From: Nitriliruptorales bacterium
GTDB lineage: Bacteria; Actinomycetota; Nitriliruptoria; Euzebyales; JAHELV01
Reading direction: 5' to 3'
Length of the DNA: 64,000 nt
Assembly: GCA_024644015.1 (NCBI GenBank)
Contig: JAHELV010000002.1
Coordinates: 57,799 to 121,798 of the forward strand
This document shows, piece after piece, positions 7,698 through 15,075 of the stretch. Both the position numbers and the translations under genes were made by a program. Every line of letters starts with the position of its first letter. Position 1 is the stretch's first letter. The notes beneath the pieces are model-generated. The model was not told the origin of the DNA, did no database searches, and saw nothing but the letters and a program-made list of their open reading frames with translations.

Positions 7698-10600
7698 GTG
7701 CACTTGCCCGTACATTCGACGTCTGCAACTGCGGCCGGAGCGGCGGTGGACGGAGCGAGCGGGCTGGTCCTGCGGGTGCTCGGCGAGTTCGACGCGATAC
7801 AGGACGGTGTCGCCGTGGACCTCGGCGGGCGGCGCCAGCGTGCGGCGCTCGCCGCCCTTGTCATCGCCCGTGGTCAGGCAGTCGGCGCCGAGCGCCTCGC
7901 CGAGTGCGTATGGGGCGACGCTGCGTCGGCACGCAACGCCGGCGCGCTGCAGTCCTACATCAGTCACCTGCGCCGCCGCCTGCAGCCGGAGGCCAGCGCC
8001 CGCAGCCGTGACGGCGTGATCGTCCGCGCGGGCCGTGGCTACGCCCTGCGCCTGGGCCCCGAGGCGGTCGACGCGTGGCGCTTCGAGCGCGCGCTCGAGT
8101 CCACGCCGGGCCTGCCCGCCACTGACGCCGTACGCGTGCTCGACGAGGTGCTGCAGCTGTGGCGCGGACCGGCGTACGTCGAGTACGCCGGGGAGCCGTG
8201 GACCGCGGCGGAGATCGCGCGCCTGACCGAGCTGCACGCGGTGGCCCGTGAGCGCCTGCTGGACGCTCGCCTGTCCATCGGCGAATCGGCGCTGCTCGTC
8301 GGTGAACTGGAGACGCTCGTCGCCGAGGACCCGCTGCGAGAGGAGCGCTGGCGGCTACTGGTCCTCGCGCTGTACCGCGCACAGCGGCAGGCCGACGCAC
8401 TGGCCGCGCTGCGTCGGGCGCGCGAAACACTCGCCGACGAGCTCGGGGTCGACCCCGGCCCGGCACTTCGCTCGCTGGAGCGTGACGTCCTCGCGCAGTC
8501 GCCTGACCTCGACGGACCACGCGTCCTGCTCGCCGCGCCGACCGCATCGGCGCTTCCAACGCCCGCGCTGCAGTCTGAAGGCGCGCGCGCGGACCTCGTG
8601 GACCGCGACCATGAGACCGCGGCACTCGTCCGCGTGGTGGACGATCTGCGCGCCGGTGCCGGTGGGATCGTCCTCGTCGAGGGACCGGCGGGCATCGGCA
8701 AGACACGACTGCTCGTCGAGACCGCGCGACTCGCGACCGCGGCCGGTGTCACCGTTCTGTCGGCGCGGGGCAGCCAGCTCGAGCGCACCTTCGGCTTCGG
8801 CGCCGTGCGACAGCTGTTCGAGCCGCTGGTTGTTGATGGCGCGCGCCGGGATGTCCTACTGGGAGGCGCGGCGGCGAGCGCCAGGGGCGTGTTCGAGGAC
8901 ATCTCGGACGATCAGCGAGCTGACGGTACGTTCGCGGTGCTGCACGGTCTGTACTGGCTGACGGTCAACCTCACCATCGACGGACCGCTCGTGCTCGCAG
9001 TCGACGACGTTCAATGGTGCGACAGCGCCTCCCTGCGCTTCCTGGCCTACCTCGTCAAGCGGCTCGAGGGGTTGCCGGTCGTCGTGGTCATGACCCTGCG
9101 GACCGGGGAACACCACCCCGACGATGCGTTGCTCGCCGAGTTGGCCCTCGAACCGTCCGCGAACGTGCTGCGCCCGCAGCCGCTGTCACACGAGGCGACG
9201 GGGACGCTCGTGGCCTCGCGACTCGGCGAGGCGGCCGACGCCTTCGTCGGCGTCTGTCACCGAACCACGTCGGGGAACCCGCTGCTGCTGCGTCAGTTGC
9301 TGCGCGCGCTCGAATCCGAGAACGTCCGGCCGGACGTGTCGCACACCGACACGGTCCGCGCCGTCGGTTCACGTGCGGTCTCCAGCCTGGTCATGCTGCG
9401 CCTGCGCCGGATGCCGGCCGACGTGACAGCGGCGGCTCACGCAGTCGCCGTGCTGGGTCAGAGCGCCGACCTGCCCACGACCGCGGCGCTCGCCCGCCTG
9501 CCCGAGGAGCGCGCCGCCATTGCCCTCGATCTGCTCAGCCGCAGCGAGGTGCTCAAGGTCGAGCGGCCACTGACGTTCGTCCACCCGCTCGTGCGTGACG
9601 CTGTGTACGACGACCTTCCGGCAGCCGAGCGCGCGCAGTACCACGAGCGAGCGGCACACATCCTCACGCAGCACGGCGCGCCCGCGGAGCAGGTTGCGGC
9701 GCACGTGCTGCTTGCCCCTCGTCGTGGCAGCGGCGCGAGCGTTGCGGTCCTGCGCGCCGCGGCCCGCACCGCCGCGGATCGCGGTGCGTCCGACAGCGCC
9801 GTGACGCTACTTCGACGTGCAATCGAAGAGCCGGCGCTGGGCCGCGAACGGGTTGACGTGCTCGTCGAGCTGGGACTCGTCGAGACCCACGTCGACGGTC
9901 CCGCAGCCGTCGCGCATCTGTCCGAGGCCTATGCGTTCCTCGACGATGCCCGCGAGCGCGCCGAGATCGCAATGGTCATTGCGCGCACCCAGGTCTTCGC
10001 CTCGCCGCCCGGCGTGGCGACGGCCTTCGCGCGCGACGCCGCGGACACACTGCCGGCGGAGTGCGACGACGCCCGGCAGGGGCTGCTCGCCCTGCAGCGC
10101 ATCACAGGTTTCATGCACGGACTGCCGCCGTCGACCTATCGCGCGGACCCGCCGTCGATTGCCGAGGGTGACGGCCACGGCGCGCGGATGCTCGCCGCCA
10201 CCCTGGCATTCGAGGGTGTGCTCGACGGGGTGGACCGAGACGGCGCCATCGAGTTGGCACGTTTCGCCCTGGACGGCGACCGCTTGCTCGCCGTCGACAG
10301 CGGCCTGCTGTGGGTCGTCGCCGCGAATGCGCTGCTGCTCGCCGACGCTGAGCTCGGCGATTTCTGGGAACGCGCCCTCTCGCGGGCACATGCAACCGGA
10401 AGCCTGTTCGCGGTGCTGTCGGTGAACGTGTGGCGCGGGTTCACCCAGTGGCGGCGCGGCCAGCTCGACGACGCACTTCAGTCGCTGAGTGATGCCCGGG
10501 AGCAGCAGCGGATGTGGGGCGGCTCCGGCACCGGCGACCTGTACACCATTGCCTTCACGGCCGGCGTGCACGTCGACAGCGGTGACCTCGATGCCGCCGA

Positions 10601-11309
10601 CCGTGTGCTGGACGGCTCGCGCTCGTTGCCGGAGGTCGGTGAGGGTGCGCGGCTGCTGGGTCAGGTGGCCGCCCGCCTGCGCATCGAACAGGGACGACCC
10701 GCCGAGGCGCTCGCCGCGCTCGCCGCGACCGCCGACCCGCTTGGCATCGTCAACCCCGTCTGGGCACCGTGGCGGCGACTGAGGGCGCGCGCGCTCGCTG
10801 CGCTCGGACGGGTCGACGAGGCAGTGGCGCTCATCGACGACGAGGTCGCGCTGCTGCGTCGCTGGGCAGCGCCGTCAGCGCTGGGGCGCTCGCTGCGGCT
10901 CGCCGGTGAGCTGCGTGGCGCGGAGGGGTCGCGCCTGCTGCGTGAGGCGGTCGACGTGCTGGCGCCGACCGACGCCGCCCTGGAACTGGCTCGTGCCCGG
11001 CTCGCGCTGGGGTGCAGCCCCGACGTCGGTGACGCTGAGGCGGTGTCGCTGCTGCGGCTGGCCGTCGAAGGCGCCAGGACGTGTGGCGCGCGAGGCGTGC
11101 TGCGCGACGCCGCGAGCGCGCTGGCGGAACGGGGCCACCGGCTCGACTGCACCTCCGAGACCAGGGTCGGCCTCACCGGCAGGCAGCGCCAGGTGCTCGA
11201 TCTCGCCGCTGCTGGACTGGACGTCCACCAGGTCGCGCAGCGGCTGTTCCTGACGCCCGGGACCGTTCGTACGATCCTGCAGGCGGCGAGTGCGCGGACG
11301 CCCACGTGA
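7698..11309 (+). CDS. Large hybrid transcriptional regulator: SARP (OmpR-type winged helix + BTAD) N-terminus, AAA/STAND ATPase, helical repeats, and a C-terminal LuxR-type HTH
   Basis: SARP region: LRVLGEFDAIQDGVAVDLGG...WRFERALE...LWRGPAYVEY...REERWRLLVLALYRAQRQADALAALRRARETLADELGVDPGPALRSLERDVL. P-loop VLVEGPAGIGKTRLL. Walker B LVLAVDDVQWCD. C-terminal LTGRQRQVLDLAAAGLDVHQVAQRLFLTPGTVRTIL. The start is uncertain (GTG 7698 or GTG 7746). Confidence 0.85.
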   Translation: MHLPVHSTSATAAGAAVDGASGLVLRVLGEFDAIQDGVAVDLGGRRQRAALAALVIARGQAVGAERLAECVWGDAASARNAGALQSYISHLRRRLQPEASARSRDGVIVRAGRGYALRLGPEAVDAWRFERALESTPGLPATDAVRVLDEVLQLWRGPAYVEYAGEPWTAAEIARLTELHAVARERLLDARLSIGESALLVGELETLVAEDPLREERWRLLVLALYRAQRQADALAALRRARETLADELGVDPGPALRSLERDVLAQSPDLDGPRVLLAAPTASALPTPALQSEGARADLVDRDHETAALVRVVDDLRAGAGGIVLVEGPAGIGKTRLLVETARLATAAGVTVLSARGSQLERTFGFGAVRQLFEPLVVDGARRDVLLGGAAASARGVFEDISDDQRADGTFAVLHGLYWLTVNLTIDGPLVLAVDDVQWCDSASLRFLAYLVKRLEGLPVVVVMTLRTGEHHPDDALLAELALEPSANVLRPQPLSHEATGTLVASRLGEAADAFVGVCHRTTSGNPLLLRQLLRALESENVRPDVSHTDTVRAVGSRAVSSLVMLRLRRMPADVTAAAHAVAVLGQSADLPTTAALARLPEERAAIALDLLSRSEVLKVERPLTFVHPLVRDAVYDDLPAAERAQYHERAAHILTQHGAPAEQVAAHVLLAPRRGSGASVAVLRAAARTAADRGASDSAVTLLRRAIEEPALGRERVDVLVELGLVETHVDGPAAVAHLSEAYAFLDDARERAEIAMVIARTQVFASPPGVATAFARDAADTLPAECDDARQGLLALQRITGFMHGLPPSTYRADPPSIAEGDGHGARMLAATLAFEGVLDGVDRDGAIELARFALDGDRLLAVDSGLLWVVAANALLLADAELGDFWERALSRAHATGSLFAVLSVNVWRGFTQWRRGQLDDALQSLSDAREQQRMWGGSGTGDLYTIAFTAGVHVDSGDLDAADRVLDGSRSLPEVGEGARLLGQVAARLRIEQGRPAEALAALAATADPLGIVNPVWAPWRRLRARALAALGRVDEAVALIDDEVALLRRWAAPSALGRSLRLAGELRGAEGSRLLREAVDVLAPTDAALELARARLALGCSPDVGDAEAVSLLRLAVEGARTCGARGVLRDAASALAERGHRLDCTSETRVGLTGRQRQVLDLAAAGLDVHQVAQRLFLTPGTVRTILQAASARTPT

Positions 11310-11372
11310 CCGGCTCAAGCGATCCTCAAGTGCGCGCTGGCACGCTGGCGCACGCCCGGAGGTGAGAAGCCC

Positions 11373-12764
11373 GTGACCACCACGCCGCCCGCTCCCGCCC
11401 GACGCGCGCAGCTCGAGGTCCTGCGCGAGCTGTGCGGCGGCGCCGTGTCTCTGCCGGGCGACCCGCTCTACGACGAGGCGCGCGTGCCGTGGAACCTGCA
11501 GGTGGATGACCGGCCCGCTGCCGTCGCCTACCCGGCGTTCCCCGATGAGGTGGCCGCCGTTGTTCGGGCGGCGGCGGCCGCGGATCTGCAGGTCGCCCCG
11601 CAGGGCACGGGCCACGGTGCGCCTCCGCTCGCCGGCCGCCTCGCCGACGCCGTCCTTCTCCGCACGTCCGCGATGACTGAGCTGCGCATCGACGCCGGGA
11701 ACCGCACCGCCCGCGTCGGCGCCGGCGTGCTGTGGGGTGACGTCGTCGAGCGCGCCGGCGCCGCGCGGCTGGCGAGCCGGCACATGAGCAGCCCGGGCGT
11801 CGGCGTCGTCGGCTCGTCATTGGGTGGTGGCCTGAGCTGGTACGGGCGGCGCCACGGCCTGCAGTGCAGCGCGATCACGGCGGTCGAGGTCGTGCTGGCC
11901 GACGGGAGCTTCGTGCGCGCCACGGACGACAGCGACAGCGAGCTGCTGTGGGCCGCCCGCGGCGGCGGGGGAGGGTTCGGGGTCGTCACCGCACTCGAGT
12001 TCGACCTGTTGCCGATCAGCCACCCGTACGCCGGGATGCTCGTCTGGGACTGGGCGCAGGCGCGGCGCGTGCTCGAGGTCTGGGCGGAGTGGGCGTCCGA
12101 CGCGGCGGATGTCGCGACGACGGTGGCGCGGCTGTTCCAGGCGCCCGAACTCGCGTGGCTGCCGCCCGGCATCCGCGGTCGGCAGGTGGTCGTCATCGAC
12201 GGCGCCGTCGTCGGCGACGCCCAGCGGGCCGCCGAGCTGCTCGCGCCGCTGCGCGCCATGCGACCCGAGATCGACACGTTCGCCGTCGTCCCGGCGGCCA
12301 CGCTGGCGCGCCTGCACCTCGAACCCGAGGAACCCGCCGCCGCCTACGCCAGCAGTGTGCTGGTCGACGACCTGCCGGACGACGCCATCGAGGCGCTCGT
12401 CGCCACCGCCGGCCCCGGCTCGGGCTCACGCCTGTTGTTCACCGAAGTGCGTCAGCTCGGCGGCGCGCTGTCCAGACCCGCACCGCGGGGCGGCGCACTG
12501 GACCGCATGGACGGCACGTTCCTCGTGTTGGGTGTGGGAGTCGACGCCGACCCGTCGGGCTGGGCGAGTCTGCGTGACGATGCGGACCGGGTGATGCGTG
12601 CGCTCGAACCGTGGGCAACCGGCGGGCTGTACCTGTCGATGGTCGACGACGAGGTCGACGTGCGCCGTGGGTGGCCGCAGGAAGCGTGGCGTCGCCTGGC
12701 TTCGATCCGCGCCGCCGCCGACCCGCAGGGGCTGTTCGTCAACCCGCGGCCCCCGCCCAAGTAG
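11373..12764 (+). CDS. FAD-binding (FAD_binding_4 / BBE-like, vanillyl-alcohol-oxidase superfamily) oxidoreductase, paralog 1
   Basis: GGAGG RBS at 11359, GTG at 11373. Motifs PAAVAYPAFPDEVAAVVR...QGTGHG...VGVVGSSLGGGLSWYGRRHGL...ELLWAARGGGGGFGVVTALEF. Confidence 0.85.
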   Translation: MTTTPPAPARRAQLEVLRELCGGAVSLPGDPLYDEARVPWNLQVDDRPAAVAYPAFPDEVAAVVRAAAAADLQVAPQGTGHGAPPLAGRLADAVLLRTSAMTELRIDAGNRTARVGAGVLWGDVVERAGAARLASRHMSSPGVGVVGSSLGGGLSWYGRRHGLQCSAITAVEVVLADGSFVRATDDSDSELLWAARGGGGGFGVVTALEFDLLPISHPYAGMLVWDWAQARRVLEVWAEWASDAADVATTVARLFQAPELAWLPPGIRGRQVVVIDGAVVGDAQRAAELLAPLRAMRPEIDTFAVVPAATLARLHLEPEEPAAAYASSVLVDDLPDDAIEALVATAGPGSGSRLLFTEVRQLGGALSRPAPRGGALDRMDGTFLVLGVGVDADPSGWASLRDDADRVMRALEPWATGGLYLSMVDDEVDVRRGWPQEAWRRLASIRAAADPQGLFVNPRPPPK

Positions 12765-12859
12765 GGCTCAAGTACACGCCCAAGACGTCCGCAAGGGCCG
12801 CTCAAGCTCTCCGGGCCACGGTGCAGACCATCAGTACCGCACCGATCCCGGAGGCACTC

Positions 12860-14239
12860 ATGAGCATCGCCGAACCCCTCGTCGGCCTGTTGCCGGCGCC
12901 CGCACCCTTCTCGGAACTGCGCGCTCGCACCACCGGCACCGTCGCCGTCAAGGGCGACGCCGACTACGAGGCCCTCGTTTCGCCGTGGAACCTCGCCATC
13001 CCCGTACGCCCCGACGCCGTCCTCGACGCGCGCACCGCGCAGGACGTCGTGGAAGCCGTCCGCTTCGCACGCCGTCACCGCCTCGTGGTCACGCCGCAGG
13101 CAACCGGCCACGGCGCCATCTCGGCGCTGGTCGGGCAGTTGCTGGTGGCCACAGCCGGTCTCGACGAGTGCGTCGTGCACCCGGAGGGCTGGGCCCGCGT
13201 CGGTGCCGGCGTGAAGTGGCTCCGCGTCGTCGAAGCCGCCGCGCCGTACGGTCTTGCGCCGTTGTCGGGCTCCATCACCGACGTTGGCGTCGTCGGCTAC
13301 ACCACCGGGGGAGGGCTGGGCCCGATGGCCCGCACCTACGGGCTCGCAATCGACCGCGTCCGCGCCATCGAGGTGGTCACCGGCGATGGTGTGCTGCGCC
13401 GTGTGACGCCCACCGCGCATCCAGAGCTGTTCTTCGGCCTGCGGGGCGGCAAGGGAGCCCTGGGCATCGTCACCGCCATCGAGTTCGACCTGGTGCACCA
13501 GCCGACGTTCTACGGTGGCTCGCTGTGGTTCGACGGCGAACACGCAGCGGCGGTCATCGAGCGCTGGCGCGACTGGTCCGACGGCCTTCCCGAGCTGGCG
13601 ACGACGTCCTTCGCGCTGTTCCAGCTGCCCGCGATGCCCGGCGTCCCGCCGGAGCTGGCCGAGCGGCTGACGCTGTCGGTGCGGTACGTGTGGACCGGCG
13701 ACGCCGCGGAAGGAGCACGGTGGTTCGCCGACATGCGCGAGGCGGCGCCGGTCATCCTCGACGACGTCTCGAACAAGCCGTACACGGCCATCGACTCGGT
13801 GCACACCGACCCGCTCGACCCGCTTCCCGCGTTCGAATCGGCGGCGGTCCTCACGGGCTTCCCCGCCGAGGCCGCGGACGCGCTCCTGGCGATGACCGGC
13901 CCGGGCTCGGCGTCACCGCAGGTGCTCGTTGAGGTGCGGCAGATGGGAGGGGCGACCGCGCGCGCCGGCACGCACGACAGCGCCTTCTGCTCGCGGCAGG
14001 CCGCGTACTCGTTGCTGACCGTCGGCATACCAGAGATCCCCGGGGTCGAGGACCACGCTTCAGTGGTGCAGCGGGCGCTCGGCCCGTGGATCGGCGGTCA
14101 CCGCCTGCCGAACTTCACCTTCGACGCAGGCGAGTACGTCGACGCGTACGACGAGCAGACGCTCGCGCGCCTACGCGGCGCGATCCGCACGTACGACCCG
14201 GATGGGGTCGTGGCCATCGGGCACGCGTTCGGGGCCTGA
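12860..14239 (+). CDS. FAD-binding (BBE-like) oxidoreductase, paralog 2
   Basis: I trimmed the track ORF to ATG 12860 (GGAGG just upstream). It has the same motif order as paralog 1: PDAVLDARTAQDVVEAVR...QATGHG...VGVVGYTTGGGLGPMARTYGL...ELFFGLRGGKGALGIVTAIEF. Confidence 0.85.
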   Translation: MSIAEPLVGLLPAPAPFSELRARTTGTVAVKGDADYEALVSPWNLAIPVRPDAVLDARTAQDVVEAVRFARRHRLVVTPQATGHGAISALVGQLLVATAGLDECVVHPEGWARVGAGVKWLRVVEAAAPYGLAPLSGSITDVGVVGYTTGGGLGPMARTYGLAIDRVRAIEVVTGDGVLRRVTPTAHPELFFGLRGGKGALGIVTAIEFDLVHQPTFYGGSLWFDGEHAAAVIERWRDWSDGLPELATTSFALFQLPAMPGVPPELAERLTLSVRYVWTGDAAEGARWFADMREAAPVILDDVSNKPYTAIDSVHTDPLDPLPAFESAAVLTGFPAEAADALLAMTGPGSASPQVLVEVRQMGGATARAGTHDSAFCSRQAAYSLLTVGIPEIPGVEDHASVVQRALGPWIGGHRLPNFTFDAGEYVDAYDEQTLARLRGAIRTYDPDGVVAIGHAFGA

Positions 14240-14265
14240 CCACCGGCGGTGATATCGACGGCGCG

Positions 14266-15075
14266 TCACGAGAGGATGTCCTTGCGCCGGAACCGCCAGA
14301 ACGCCGCGGTCAGCAGAACCGCGACGTAGGGGATCTGCAGGAGCAGGCCACGGGTGAGGTCGCCGGGTCGCGGGGGTGTCGCGAGCAGCGCGATCCAGGC
14401 GACCGACTCGTGGGTCGGCAGCCACTCGCGCACCGCCCCGAGGGCGGTGATGGCGTCGAGGATCTGCACGACGATGGTGATGACGATCGTGCCCGCCACG
14501 GCGCCGACCGGTGCGTCGGTCACCGTCGACAGCAGGAAGGCCAGAGCGGCCACCCAGGCGGCGGTCCACGCGACGTACGCCGTAATCCCGACCAGGCGCA
14601 CGATTGCGACGTCGGGCGTCAGCGACCCGAACGGGGTCTGCACCCCGCCCCAGCCGAACGCGACGGTGCCGGCGACCGCGCCCGACACCGGAACCAGCGC
14701 CACCGCGAGCAGGCTGAGCACAACACCGACCGCGAGCTTGCGCCGCAGCAGCCGTGACCGTGGCACGGGCCGAGTGAGCAGATAGCGCAGGCTGCCCCAG
14801 CTGGCCTCCGACGACACCGTGTCGCCGGTGAACAGCGCGATCACGGTCAGCAGCAGGAACGGGCTCATGGCGGCAACCGACACGAGTGCGAAGTTCAGGC
14901 CGGAGGCGGTCGCGAACTGGAACAGCCCGGTGGGGTCACCGCCGCCGTCGTCACCCCCGTTGCCGCCGCCGGTGACGACGAACGCGACCGCGATGAGCAC
15001 CGGCACGGCCGCGGTGCCCACCAGCCCCAGCAACGTGCGGCGGCGACGCAGCTGCCGGATCAGCTCGGTGGTCAT
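14266..15075 (-). CDS. ABC-2 type transporter permease
   Basis: Six predicted hydrophobic spans, N-terminus MTTELIRQLRRRRTLLGLVG. Its start ATG overlaps the stop of the upstream ATPase fusion gene (ATGA at 15072-15075). Confidence 0.75.
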   Translation of the reverse strand: MTTELIRQLRRRRTLLGLVGTAAVPVLIAVAFVVTGGGNGGDDGGGDPTGLFQFATASGLNFALVSVAAMSPFLLLTVIALFTGDTVSSEASWGSLRYLLTRPVPRSRLLRRKLAVGVVLSLLAVALVPVSGAVAGTVAFGWGGVQTPFGSLTPDVAIVRLVGITAYVAWTAAWVAALAFLLSTVTDAPVGAVAGTIVITIVVQILDAITALGAVREWLPTHESVAWIALLATPPRPGDLTRGLLLQIPYVAVLLTAAFWRFRRKDILS

